31,483 nucleotides of DNA from a virus (Duplodnaviria; Caudoviricetes), in the IMG/VR virus record IMGVR_UViG_3300044724_006585, positions 1 through 31,483 of that record, one strand, 5' to 3'. Below the pieces are notes generated by a model. That model was not told where the DNA came from and did not search any database. It worked only from the letters and a program-made list of their open reading frames with translations. This document shows positions 16,145-26,121 of this stretch, piece by piece. Position 1 is the stretch's first letter. Each line of letters opens with the position of its first letter. The translations under genes were made by a program, and so were the position numbers.

Positions 16145-16178
16145 GTTGCTGTAAGCTAATTACAGTTAAACTTGCTCG

Positions 16179-16505
16179 ATGGCTTTCGTTCGCAAAAAGG
16201 TCAAAACTTTTAAGTGGCCTGTAACCGTGGAAGAGCCTGCTGATGGTGGAGTCTTTGATGAATCCACTTTTGACGCAGTGTTCAAGCGCGTACCACGTTC
16301 TGAGTTCCAGAAGCTTGCAGACAAGGGTGATCATGACTTGCTCAAAGCAGTCATGACCGGATGGGAGGGAATTGAAGACGAAGACGGCAAACCGTTGCCG
16401 TTCTCCCAGGTAGCAATGAAAGAATTTGCCGATGATCCGTATTGGATTCGTGGTGTCTTGAAGGCATACACCGAAACTTTTGAAGGCGCAAAACTGGGAA
16501 ACTAA
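16179..16505 (+). CDS. Tail assembly chaperone (gpG-like)
   Basis: 108 aa between tail tube and tape measure; FKWPVTV..P, GWEGIEDEDGKPLPFS; ends LGN* on a slippery heptamer. Confidence 0.88.
   Translation: MAFVRKKVKTFKWPVTVEEPADGGVFDESTFDAVFKRVPRSEFQKLADKGDHDLLKAVMTGWEGIEDEDGKPLPFSQVAMKEFADDPYWIRGVLKAYTETFEGAKLGN
16496..16502 (+). other. Programmed -1 ribosomal frameshift site G GGA AAC
   Basis: X XXY YYZ heptamer in the correct phase just before the TAA; the -1 frame is open through to 16849. Confidence 0.9.
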
Positions 16506-16849
16506 AAGATGCCGTCAAGTATTGGGCGAATGGCGGCAAAAGGATAGAGGACAAAAGTAGTGATGACGCAGCGGCATTTGGATTGAAGCCGCAGCGTCAA
16601 GCCGCTCCTGAAGAGGAGCACTTTGAGGTGTGGGAAGAGAATTGGGATACGTTGATGATGTTCCTGCGAATGCAGACGCAGTGGACTGTAACGATGGGAG
16701 GTTACGTTGGATTGAAATATGAGGTGTTGCTAGGTGCGTCAGGACTGATGTCCCTTTATGATGTAGAGAATCCCCGTGAGATGCTGGAGAGCCTTCAAGT
16801 AATGGAAGCTGCTGCACTCTCTGAGCTGAACAAAAAAGATGGCAAGTAA
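16502..16849 (+). CDS. gpT-like frameshift extension of the chaperone (DUF1799-like); G-T fusion spans 16179-16849
   Basis: The -1 frame reads LKDAVKYWANGGKRIEDKSSDDAAAFGLKPQRQ...FEVWEENWD..MFLRMQTQW...GLKY...LQVMEAAAL, continuous with the 16583-16849 ORF. Confidence 0.85.
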   Translation, partial: LKDAVKYWANGGKRIEDKSSDDAAAFGLKPQRQAAPEEEHFEVWEENWDTLMMFLRMQTQWTVTMGGYVGLKYEVLLGASGLMSLYDVENPREMLESLQVMEAAALSELNKKDGK

Positions 16850-19800
16850 AAGCGTTTCACCTGTTGATATTGTACTTAACGTTAAAGGCAGCGAAAAGCT
16901 GCAAAAATTAAATAGTTCGTTCCGCGATTTATCAAAACAACTTAACAAGCTTTCAACCGGAGACCTTCAGAAAGCAACTGACGATGTACGAAAGTTTGCT
17001 GCAGAAGCTGGCAATAGCGAAGCGACAATAAAGGCTCAGATTAAAGCGTTTGAAGGCTTGCGAGCGCAAGCCAACGTGACAAGTACGGTCTATAGAGACC
17101 TTGGGAAGGGTATTGTCGATCTCAAAGCCTCGCTTGACGGGCTTGGCGCAAAATCGCAGGCTCGCGCTAAAAATCTTGCTGAGGTTGGCACAAGCGCCAA
17201 GTCTTCTGTTTCTCAAATAAAGGAGGCCATCGAGGAGTTAAAGCTTCTGTCAAAAGAAGCTAGGACGGGCTCTGACGCATTTGCTCGGCTGAAGAGCAAT
17301 ATCGCACAGATGGGGGACGCGCTGGAGATAGCAGAAGGCAAGGCTAAGAAGCAAAGAGAAATATCAAATCTCCTCAATGGCACGCTACGCAAAAGTTCAA
17401 CTCTTATCGGGTTGCAATCTAGAGCCTACAGAGAAAGAGTTGCCATAACAGAAAAGCAGATTCAAGCGATTGACCTGCTTTCACAAAAAGAAAGGTCTAC
17501 GGTTGCAAATACGGAGAAAAGACTTCGGCTGGAGGAAAAGCTTCAAAATCAGCTTCTTAAGGTTGCCCAGACTGGATACCTTGAGTTTGTTGCGTCTAGC
17601 CGTAGCGAGACTATCAAGCTGGCAGAGGCATTCAATAGCACGGATGCAGGCATCAATTCTTTCAGGACAAGATTAAAAGCTCTTGACAAAGATTTCGGCA
17701 AGCTTCCGAAAACTACGGCAGGGCTTAACCAAAAGTTAGCAGAGCTAAAAATTGAGCTTAATAATACTGTCAGATCAAGCTCTGACTACACCCGTGTTTC
17801 TAACGAAATTATCGGCATTCAGAAAGAGCTTGCCAAGGAGACAGGTGAAAGTGCTCAAGCGTTTGAAAGACTGAACAGAGCGCAGGAAGGAGCCGAGCGC
17901 AGAGCTGTCAAGCTTGCGGGTGCAGGCGAATATGTTGCTTCTGTTTCTGGCCTTGGATCCAAAGCTGCTGCTGAACGCATTGCGCGTGGAGGCACCCCGG
18001 TCATTGGTCAAATGCGCTCTCGGGAAGGGCGTCCTCAGGGCTATAGGGATCCTGCCTCTGGAGCAATGATTGCGCCTGGTGTCGGAACTTTTGCTAGTAG
18101 GAGAGCTTTTAGACAGGCAGGCGCTACTGCTTACGACAGACCTATCTCGCCAGAACTACCGCCTGCTATGGTGGCGGCGAGAGAGGCCCGGAAAAAAGAA
18201 ATTGAGGATCGAATCAATAATCTGAAAAAGATTAACGCTGAGAACGATGCGCTACGGCAACAAGCAGCTATTCGACGATCTATCGAAAAGAACCAAAGAA
18301 GAGTTGCCGCCAAAGCTCCACGGGAGCAGCCGATGCGTGAAATTAGCGCACTGTACGGCCAGATTGGCGAGATTGGCATGGGCAAGATTATAACCGACAT
18401 TGACATGATGGGGAAATCTTACAAAGAGGTCTCGGCGGATATTCGTGCGGCTACCGCCGCATCTAACGGCAGTATTTCAAGCCTGGAGAAGCAGCGAAGC
18501 GTTTGGACCCAATTACGAAATGGGCTTGACCCTGCTAGCGATGCTTTCAAGGAAGTAACAAGGGACATCGAAAGAGTAGACCGAGCTTTAGAAAAAACTT
18601 CCCGCAGAAGCCGCAAATTCTCCCCCGGTAAAGCGGCCCAAGTTGCTGGCGCAACGATTTCAGGCGGTATCTTTGGTGGCCCTGAAGGATTCCTTGGTGG
18701 TGCAATTGGTGGTGCGGTTGGTGGTGTTGGCGGGTCTTTTGCTGGTGCTGCACTTGGCGCTCAGGTAGGTCAGCTCAGGCAAGCGCTTGGTGGTTTTGCT
18801 GATTATGCAGCAAGTATCAAGAGGCTGAGGATTGCACTGGAAGGCATTGCCGGAACTCAGGGTGAATACAATCGAGCACTTGCTGCAGCAGCCAGTGTCA
18901 CAAAAGAATTAAATGTTCCACAAGAAACTGCCATTAGGGGGATCACTCGACTTACCGCAGCAGTAAAAGGCGCTGGCGGAGGTGTTGCTGATGCGGAGCT
19001 TGCGTTTAAGAATATCACTGCTGCTATTACGGCCACTGGCGGCGGAGCAGAACAAGTTGAAGGAGCCGTAACTGCGCTCGTTCAGATTTTCTCGAAGGGC
19101 AAGGTCAGCGCAGAAGAGATTAACCAGATTGCAGAAAGATTGCCTGGTACGTTTAACAAAATTGCTGAAGCGTCAGGCAGGACCGGCCCAGAGTTGTCAA
19201 AAGCTTTACAGCAGGGCGAGGTCGGTCTGAATGATCTGATGAAGTTCTTAGTTCAGTTGGGTGGCGAATACGGCGAATTGGCTGAAAAGATTGCTGGGTC
19301 TTCTGAGTCAGCTGGTGCAAGACTGACGGTTGCATATAACAAGATGCGGATTGAGATAGGTAAAGCACTTCAGCCGATTGGTGCTGAGTTTCAGGAAGCG
19401 TTTTTGGAATTTATTACCGATATTGGCCCAAGCTTGGTGGTTATGGCGAAGGCTGTTGGAGAAGGGATGCGTTTTATTATTCAAAACAGAGGCGCGATAT
19501 TGACTATTGCATCTTTCGCGGCAAAGCTTGTTGCCGTGAATTTTGCACTAAAAGCGTTTGTTGCTTTAAATGGGCCACTAAAACTTATGTTCGCATTAAT
19601 AAGAACTGGGTTCAGACAAACCACTCAGCAGGCGTCTCTTGCTGCGACAAAGCTGGCCAGGTTTGGAGCGACAGTGAAAACTTTAGCTGCGTCCTTAGTG
19701 GCGCCAATCGTAATAACCTTTGCCATCGTTGGCGCAGAGCTGGTTATATCTTACTTCAATAGAATTAAGCAAGCAAAAGCTGACCTTGACGCTTCTGGCA

Positions 19801-21614
19801 CAAAACCTCAAGGTGAAGTTTTCTTCAGGTCAATCGGTGGAACGGCTGCAACGAAAGAAACGCTGAGATCAAACTTTAAGGATATTGTCAAGAATCTTGA
19901 TATTGTCGAAGCTAGGCTCGCGAAAACAAAGAAAAGTATTAAAGAGTTTAAGGCATCGCAATCAGATGGTGGCGAGCGGGCCATGGGGGGAAGTGCGCCT
20001 CCTCTCGCTGGTGTAGCAGTCCCAGAAGACTTGACATCAAGGCTAAAAGCAGACGAGGCAGAGATAGCAAGACTTCGACTGAACTATAAAACTTTAATTG
20101 AGAAGTACCCTAGTGCTCCAGAAGCCGCTAAAGGTCTAACCGACTACGGTTCTCTCACCGGCACTGATACCGGCGGCGGCGGCGGCGGCGGCGGCGGCAA
20201 GTTCAGAGAGTCGCAACTGCCACGGCTTCAGGACAAGTACGACTCGCTGATTCGATCCGGCCCACTGGCGGACATTCAAAGATTTCAGATCGCAAATTCA
20301 CTCGCCCTAGTTCGGGCGCAAAAAGATAACAATACAGAGCTAGTTTACACGATAAAAAATAACGCTATAAATCTTGACTTCGGGGAGAAAGAGCTTGGAG
20401 TAAGAAACAAATACCTGGATGCTATGAATGCTGCGAACAAAACGGAGGATATTGCAGAACGTCAATTACAAGAAAAAATTGCAGGATTGGAACGAGACCT
20501 TGATCTTGAAAAGCTAATTGTTTCGGCAAATGGTGAGCTACTAGCCCTTAAGCAAGACCAAGCTATTGCATCGGAAATAATCGCCAAAGCGTCCGAAGAC
20601 GAGCTGTTTAACTTACGCGATCAGCTTGGCTTGGTGTCAAACGAGGACAGGATTAACAGGTTTAGGCAATCAAGAAAAGACGCAGGGGATCCAAACGCTG
20701 AACAGCAAACCGATCTGTTCCGCCAAACAATAGACCCAACGTTGACGGAAGGCTTAAGCCAAAACATTCGCAGTTTGAAAAAAGAACTGGAAGATCTGGT
20801 AAATCCAATCAACCAAATCACTGGCGCAGCAAACGCTATTGGCAGTGCATTTTCACAGTCGTTTACAAATGCAATCACTGGTGCCACAAGTGCGAAGCAG
20901 GCATTAGCTGATTTCTTTAAGAGTGTTGGCAGTTATTTCTTGGACATGGCGGGGCAGATTATTGCGAAGATGGTGACAATGGCAGTTTTAAATACTGTTG
21001 TTAACTTGCTGCCTGGTGGCGGATTCAATCTTGGGAGCACACCGCTAGGCGCGGGTGGTGGCGAAGTTGGTGGGATCGGGACTTTAGGGCCAAACTTCGG
21101 CATTGCTCAACGCGCCGCAGGCGGTCCAGTGAACGCGAATACGCCTTACATCGTTGGCGAGCGTGGGCCTGAGCTTATGGTTCCTTCAGGCAACGGAACC
21201 ATTATTCCAAACGATGTCTTTTCGGCAAGTCGTGCTGCTATCTCTGGCGGTGGTCCGTTAGGTGCCGCTGGAAACTCTGTTGATCTTGGTAAAGATGGAA
21301 TGGTCGAGAGCCGCAATTACATCAGCAACAACTACTCAACTCAGCAAGCCATTGCTCAAAGTCAAGCAGCTGTATCGTCAAGTTCAATGTCAATGGAGCG
21401 TGTGATTGAGCGCAAAGCCGCAGAACGTCAAGCAACTGAAATGTCAGAACCGATCAGAGTTAAGCTGGACACTACCGTAATCAACAATGTGGAATATCTC
21501 ACCGTTGAGCAAGGTCTTGCGCTTTCTGAGTCCGCTTCTCGCAAGGCTCGTAGCCAAGTGTTTTCTGACCTAAGGCAGCGACCTGCGTCAAGGTCAAAAG
21601 TGGGGCTTGGTTGA
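16839..21614 (+). CDS. Tape measure protein (1591 aa)
   Basis: Long helical Ala/Gly-rich ORF after G/GT; tape-measure domain (ALVQIFSKGKVSAEEINQIAERLPG); C-terminal AAGGPV..NTPYIVGERGPEL motif. Confidence 0.96.
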   Translation: MASKSVSPVDIVLNVKGSEKLQKLNSSFRDLSKQLNKLSTGDLQKATDDVRKFAAEAGNSEATIKAQIKAFEGLRAQANVTSTVYRDLGKGIVDLKASLDGLGAKSQARAKNLAEVGTSAKSSVSQIKEAIEELKLLSKEARTGSDAFARLKSNIAQMGDALEIAEGKAKKQREISNLLNGTLRKSSTLIGLQSRAYRERVAITEKQIQAIDLLSQKERSTVANTEKRLRLEEKLQNQLLKVAQTGYLEFVASSRSETIKLAEAFNSTDAGINSFRTRLKALDKDFGKLPKTTAGLNQKLAELKIELNNTVRSSSDYTRVSNEIIGIQKELAKETGESAQAFERLNRAQEGAERRAVKLAGAGEYVASVSGLGSKAAAERIARGGTPVIGQMRSREGRPQGYRDPASGAMIAPGVGTFASRRAFRQAGATAYDRPISPELPPAMVAAREARKKEIEDRINNLKKINAENDALRQQAAIRRSIEKNQRRVAAKAPREQPMREISALYGQIGEIGMGKIITDIDMMGKSYKEVSADIRAATAASNGSISSLEKQRSVWTQLRNGLDPASDAFKEVTRDIERVDRALEKTSRRSRKFSPGKAAQVAGATISGGIFGGPEGFLGGAIGGAVGGVGGSFAGAALGAQVGQLRQALGGFADYAASIKRLRIALEGIAGTQGEYNRALAAAASVTKELNVPQETAIRGITRLTAAVKGAGGGVADAELAFKNITAAITATGGGAEQVEGAVTALVQIFSKGKVSAEEINQIAERLPGTFNKIAEASGRTGPELSKALQQGEVGLNDLMKFLVQLGGEYGELAEKIAGSSESAGARLTVAYNKMRIEIGKALQPIGAEFQEAFLEFITDIGPSLVVMAKAVGEGMRFIIQNRGAILTIASFAAKLVAVNFALKAFVALNGPLKLMFALIRTGFRQTTQQASLAATKLARFGATVKTLAASLVAPIVITFAIVGAELVISYFNRIKQAKADLDASGTKPQGEVFFRSIGGTAATKETLRSNFKDIVKNLDIVEARLAKTKKSIKEFKASQSDGGERAMGGSAPPLAGVAVPEDLTSRLKADEAEIARLRLNYKTLIEKYPSAPEAAKGLTDYGSLTGTDTGGGGGGGGGKFRESQLPRLQDKYDSLIRSGPLADIQRFQIANSLALVRAQKDNNTELVYTIKNNAINLDFGEKELGVRNKYLDAMNAANKTEDIAERQLQEKIAGLERDLDLEKLIVSANGELLALKQDQAIASEIIAKASEDELFNLRDQLGLVSNEDRINRFRQSRKDAGDPNAEQQTDLFRQTIDPTLTEGLSQNIRSLKKELEDLVNPINQITGAANAIGSAFSQSFTNAITGATSAKQALADFFKSVGSYFLDMAGQIIAKMVTMAVLNTVVNLLPGGGFNLGSTPLGAGGGEVGGIGTLGPNFGIAQRAAGGPVNANTPYIVGERGPELMVPSGNGTIIPNDVFSASRAAISGGGPLGAAGNSVDLGKDGMVESRNYISNNYSTQQAIAQSQAAVSSSSMSMERVIERKAAERQATEMSEPIRVKLDTTVINNVEYLTVEQGLALSESASRKARSQVFSDLRQRPASRSKVGLG
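20172..20198 (+). repeat. Perfect (GGC)9 microsatellite encoding Gly9 in the tape measure
   Basis: GGC x9 read directly; protein TDTGGGGGGGGGKFRE. Confidence 0.95.
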
Positions 21615-22081
21615 TGCTTGCAATTGGTACTTATCTTAAGCTTGTTGACTTTGAAGGCTCAGACACTGGCTATGCTTTCCAAAACTTTTTCCAAGGCGAG
21701 TCGCGCACGTATTTAGGCACAAGCTATGTGTTTGCAGGTTTTGGCTTTAGTGGCGGTACCCTGGACCTACAGGCTGCCAATATTTCAGCGGCAGTTGTTT
21801 TTGCTGTAAATCAACTGGATTTAAGTATTTTTCAGACAGCATCAGATCAACGTTGGCTTGCGGAGATACGCACGGTATGGCTTGACCCAGATACGTTGGT
21901 TGAGACAAACCGTTACAGCGAAGAGCTGTATGCAGTGCTTGGATTTGAGCATGATACGAGTAGGCTACAGGTAAGACTGGGTAACCCTTTGGACGCGATT
22001 GAAGCAAACATCCCAAGGCGTGTCCTTACCCAAGTAAGCGTCGGGGAACTTCCCTCTACCGGAAACATTTCATTGAGATAA
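21614..22081 (+). CDS. Minor tail / tail-tip protein (gpL-like position)
   Basis: ATG at 21614 overlaps the tape measure TGA (preferred over TTG 21611); AFQNFF, GFGFSG, LGNPLDAI..NIPRR.LT motifs. Confidence 0.65.
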   Translation: MLAIGTYLKLVDFEGSDTGYAFQNFFQGESRTYLGTSYVFAGFGFSGGTLDLQAANISAAVVFAVNQLDLSIFQTASDQRWLAEIRTVWLDPDTLVETNRYSEELYAVLGFEHDTSRLQVRLGNPLDAIEANIPRRVLTQVSVGELPSTGNISLR

Positions 22082-25000
22082 TGCTAAGTCCCAACAAAAA
22101 TCGAATCATGCTTCTCCCGCAGGATCGGGAGATTATTGACATCACTGGGATGTCTGAAGAGCAGTATGTCTTTTTCTGCCGACAGGCGATTTTACACAGC
22201 AAGCTAAGACCTGGCGAGCCTGTTGCTCTTACTGGGCTTGAGATTATTGTTATCAATCTGGTTATTGGGCTTGTTCTTTCTGCTGCGTCGGCATTACTAG
22301 CACCCAAGCCCCAAGTAAGAAAAGCTCCTGACGTTAGAACAAGGAATGTAGACGGGCAGACTATTGTCAGGGGGGATCAGTTTACAGCCAAAAGTGGTTT
22401 TGACACTATTCAAAACGTTGTCGAGATCGGCAGCACTATACCTATTGTTTACGCCAATCGCCAGTTAATTGACGGTAAATATTACGGTGGAATTAGAATT
22501 AATACAAACTTACTTTGGAGTCAAATTTACAGTATCGGTGGCGGGCAACTGCTGAAAGCTATTTTTTTAGTGGGCGAATCTAGCAGCATTGATGACAGGC
22601 TTTCTGGAATGATTCTTGACAACGAGCAGTTTGCTATTGGTAACAATCTTTTAAACGGTTACGATTTAAGTCTTTCGACAACAGGAAGGCTGTCTATCTA
22701 TTACAACAACATTGGCGGGCGGATTACTTCAGGTGACTATATTGCTGGCGCTTCTCCTTTTTCTGATATAGCAAATTCGGAAAATGAAGGCGCAGATGAC
22801 GTATTCCAAGTGAAAAACGTAAACGGGGGTTACGAGCCTTCTTTTTGTTTTGCATCAAAGCCTTCTACTCAAACCTCAATAGGAGTGTATGGATTCATTG
22901 GCAATAATTTGGGCTACAGAGTAAACCCTGTATTCAGACCGGGCAGGCAGTTTGTTGTAAGAACAGACAATGAAGTTAATTGCAAGTCTGATTGGCAAGA
23001 ACTTGCAAATCGTGCTAAGCAAGACACAATTTTTCCCGGCAAGTCTTGTCTTTACGCAAGAAATGGATCAGAAATATCTGGCAACAGCGTTCAAGTAGCT
23101 GAAAAAGATCAGCTGAGCTATAGACTTTTAAGTACATGTGCCCTAAGCGATTATCCAAACGGTTTCACGCAGGGTGGAAACTTAGGTCAAGCGACTGTTG
23201 GAGACGTTGCCGGGGCGGTAGCAGGTCGCCAAAAACAATACGACGAATTGATAACTATTGGTCAACTCTACAAGATAGGCAGCGCATTAGCTATTTGTTC
23301 TAATCGGGATGCGCAGCCATTCTTATCCGATGCCGATCAAACTCCAACTGGTGGAGGTCGGGATATGACCGCAACATTTACGGTGGTTCGCTCAGGCGCA
23401 GTTGATTTTGTCTCTCTGAACGATGCAGATAATTCCTCCTCTCGAATAGCAAGTAGCACGGCTCATATAATGCGCTGCGCTATAGCCAATATCGTGACCG
23501 AGCGCGGTTCCAGGATGATAGAAATTGGCCTTAGAAGTCGCTTGCAGTTAAGCGTTTCAGGTATCTGCAATTTCAGAGACAGTAAGCCTTATTCTCAAAT
23601 AGACGCAGAGGCTTGTGACAACTTCCTTGGCGACGATGCCGATGGCGCTAATCCTGTTAATTTTAATAGCGGCACCTACACCGGCCCGGAGCTGAGATAT
23701 AGTTTTTTCCGTATCTCCTACCGAGTAGCCTCAAGCAACGCATTCTTCACAGAAATAGGAACTATTTTTGGAACCAGAGGTGCCACAGGTGTTGATGTCT
23801 ACAATTACATAAAATTAGATTTTACTTTTGAAAATCGTTACGAAATAAGGATCGAGCCCTTGACCTCTTGGGAAATAAGGACTGGCGCGGCTAGTGGGGA
23901 TCTAGCCGTTTTGGATTACGCGGTTCAAAATACTCAAATTATCAACGAAGGTGGAGTTCGGATCGAATTCTCTGGAGAAATCATTCCGCGAAGTGTCGAC
24001 AGCTTTGGAGTATCAGTTTTTTATCCAAAAGACGGCAACCAACTAACGGGTAACAGAGAAGACAGCCCTTATTATGTTGATTCTTACGCGAAAATTGCTG
24101 AGGCTTTTATTTACAACGAGGTTACAAGTAGTGCCACTCAGCCTGAGCATGAAATTGTTTACGTAAACAACGTTTCAACTAGCCCTATAGTCCCAAAGTA
24201 TTTTGCTTCAGCAATTGTAGGTCTAAACATCAAAAGCAGCGAGGAGGTAAAAAACCTTCAGCAGTTTAGCGTTTACGTCAACAAAGGCGTTACCTCCACA
24301 AACATGTTCCCCAACGTGCTATACGATCTCTTTACGAACGATAGATACGGGGTTGGTAAAATAATGAGTTCTGCTCAGATCGACAAAGTAAGTTTTGATT
24401 CGGCGGCAGATTGGAACTATTCAAGAAAGTATTTTTTTGATGGCGCTATTACCGAAAAGCAGAATCTTAGGACTTGGGGCGCTCAAAGAGCTGCTGATTT
24501 TCTTCTAGACCTTGTCATAAGAAATGGCAAATTTGCTTTGCAGCCTGTAGCCAACTTTGAAGGGTCAGAAAAAATAACGCAACTTTTCACCTCAGGCAAT
24601 ATTATCGAAGGTTCGTTTGAGTTAAATTATTTTGACGCTGCGGATCGCATCCCTCCAAGGGTTTCCGTCAAGTGGCGCCAAGAGCGAACCGATCTTGGAG
24701 ACTCGTCCAAGGGCTTATTCCCTGTCGTAAGAGAAGTCATAGTCAGAGAAGCTGGCGTTGAAAATTTTGCTCCTATAGAGTCAATTGATATTAGCGATTT
24801 TGCCACAAGCGAAAGGCACGCAGTTGATAGAGGCAAATGGGAATGTAAGTTTCGCAGGCTTGTGACCCATTCGATCAAATTTAAGACTACCCCTAGCCAA
24901 GCAAGTCTTGATATTGGAGGAGTCTTCAAGCTAGGGCTTGAAACTACAACCTTCAATCAACCGCAGAATGGAGCAATTGCCGCTGACGGCACGATTACTT

Positions 25001-25302
25001 CTTGGCCACCTTTGGCTGACGGTAATTACTCTGTATTGCTTTGGGATGGTGCGTCAACAAGCATTACCGAAACAACCATGTCGGTTCAAGGCGGTGCAAC
25101 GAATTTTTCTAATTCAGTGTTTTGCATAAACAGTGGAAGCACGAATGTGCAGACATACAAAACTCAATCTCTTTCGTTCGATGAAGACGGTAACATTGAG
25201 GTTGAAGCTATTCACTTTCCAACCAACAGCAACGACGAAAGCCTAATCGTCGATGGCTTTGACAATGACAGCAACTGGATCTTGGAGGGTCTGATCAACT
25301 AA
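22081..25302 (+). CDS. Central tail tip / baseplate hub protein (gpJ/Tal-like)
   Basis: 1073 aa; hydrophobic IVINLVIGLVLSAASALLAPKP, IGSTIPIVY, LYDLFTNDRYGVG, FFDGAI, LFTSGNIIEGSF tail-tip motifs. Confidence 0.8.
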   Translation: MLSPNKNRIMLLPQDREIIDITGMSEEQYVFFCRQAILHSKLRPGEPVALTGLEIIVINLVIGLVLSAASALLAPKPQVRKAPDVRTRNVDGQTIVRGDQFTAKSGFDTIQNVVEIGSTIPIVYANRQLIDGKYYGGIRINTNLLWSQIYSIGGGQLLKAIFLVGESSSIDDRLSGMILDNEQFAIGNNLLNGYDLSLSTTGRLSIYYNNIGGRITSGDYIAGASPFSDIANSENEGADDVFQVKNVNGGYEPSFCFASKPSTQTSIGVYGFIGNNLGYRVNPVFRPGRQFVVRTDNEVNCKSDWQELANRAKQDTIFPGKSCLYARNGSEISGNSVQVAEKDQLSYRLLSTCALSDYPNGFTQGGNLGQATVGDVAGAVAGRQKQYDELITIGQLYKIGSALAICSNRDAQPFLSDADQTPTGGGRDMTATFTVVRSGAVDFVSLNDADNSSSRIASSTAHIMRCAIANIVTERGSRMIEIGLRSRLQLSVSGICNFRDSKPYSQIDAEACDNFLGDDADGANPVNFNSGTYTGPELRYSFFRISYRVASSNAFFTEIGTIFGTRGATGVDVYNYIKLDFTFENRYEIRIEPLTSWEIRTGAASGDLAVLDYAVQNTQIINEGGVRIEFSGEIIPRSVDSFGVSVFYPKDGNQLTGNREDSPYYVDSYAKIAEAFIYNEVTSSATQPEHEIVYVNNVSTSPIVPKYFASAIVGLNIKSSEEVKNLQQFSVYVNKGVTSTNMFPNVLYDLFTNDRYGVGKIMSSAQIDKVSFDSAADWNYSRKYFFDGAITEKQNLRTWGAQRAADFLLDLVIRNGKFALQPVANFEGSEKITQLFTSGNIIEGSFELNYFDAADRIPPRVSVKWRQERTDLGDSSKGLFPVVREVIVREAGVENFAPIESIDISDFATSERHAVDRGKWECKFRRLVTHSIKFKTTPSQASLDIGGVFKLGLETTTFNQPQNGAIAADGTITSWPPLADGNYSVLLWDGASTSITETTMSVQGGATNFSNSVFCINSGSTNVQTYKTQSLSFDEDGNIEVEAIHFPTNSNDESLIVDGFDNDSNWILEGLIN

Positions 25303-25682
25303 TGGCAGTCTTCTTTCCATCACTTACACCGACTCGGCGTACTTACACGGTTGGCGATTACCCAACCAAGCGTTTTAAAAGTATAAGCGGGGCTGGAACG
25401 ACCAGGCTTTATGGCAGTAAAGCCTTTGATGCTGTCTTGGACTTGGAATTCTCAACTAACGATGCAGAGCTGACAACGATTTTGGTTTGTTTTAACTCTG
25501 CATACGGTTCAGGCACTGCTTTAACCCTTCCGTCTTCAATCTTCGATGGAATGAATGCTGCCTTACAGAGTCAAATCCCAAGCCATGTGACTTGGCGTTG
25601 GCAAGAAACTCCTCAAGTCCAATCAGTTTTCAATGATCGATCAACAGTTACTGTCAAATTAATCGGCACATTGGATGGTTGA
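25302..25682 (+). CDS. Minor tail protein (gpM/distal-tail-like)
   Basis: 126 aa; FPSLTP..R, LDLEF, WRWQETPQV, STVTVKL; TAATG coupling. Confidence 0.6.
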   Translation: MAVFFPSLTPTRRTYTVGDYPTKRFKSISGAGTTRLYGSKAFDAVLDLEFSTNDAELTTILVCFNSAYGSGTALTLPSSIFDGMNAALQSQIPSHVTWRWQETPQVQSVFNDRSTVTVKLIGTLDG

Positions 25683-25718
25683 CTTCAGTGAGTAGAATAG
25701 ATCAAAAGGCTTATAGGC

Positions 25719-26117
25719 ATGGCTGTTCGCACTGGCAGTAATGGGCAATTGCGATGGAGGGGGACTGTAGTCGCTCGCGTGCGCTCTTGGTCAGCAAATA
25801 TTGCAAAAGACTCGTTGGAGACTACGAGCATTGGGGCCTTTGACCGTTCCTACGTTTCGGGTTTGAGGGGTGTAACGGGAACAGCAGACATTATGTATGA
25901 CCCAGGTGAGGCAAGCGCAACAGCGCTTTTCAACGATGTTTTGAATAATTCTTCAGAACCTTTGAGTAACATTGAGCTTGTTTTGGATTCTGCTGGCGGC
26001 AGCCAGTTAAGCGGTTCTGCAGTTTTGACAAGTATTTCTGCCAGCGTTTCCGTTGGTGCGGTCACCTCTTGCAGCGTTGGTTTCCAGATTTCTGGACCTT
26101 TGACTGGAGGATTCTAA
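25719..26117 (+). CDS. Minimal tail-tube-like protein
   Basis: 132 aa; VRSWSANIAKDSLETTSIGAFDRSYVSGLRGVTGT, SGSAVLTS, SVGFQISGPLT resemble the siphovirus tube fold. Confidence 0.65.
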   Translation: MAVRTGSNGQLRWRGTVVARVRSWSANIAKDSLETTSIGAFDRSYVSGLRGVTGTADIMYDPGEASATALFNDVLNNSSEPLSNIELVLDSAGGSQLSGSAVLTSISASVSVGAVTSCSVGFQISGPLTGGF

Positions 26118-26121
26118 TGCT

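Noticed and set aside
16081-16178. Possible ncRNA or tRNA in the 98-nt gap with two hairpins
   Set aside because: No cloverleaf or recognisable riboswitch; explained by an intrinsic terminator plus a short upstream hairpin.
16583-16849. Stand-alone 88-aa gene starting at TTG 16583
   Set aside because: Better explained as the -1 frameshift extension of the chaperone; the frame is already open from the slippery site.
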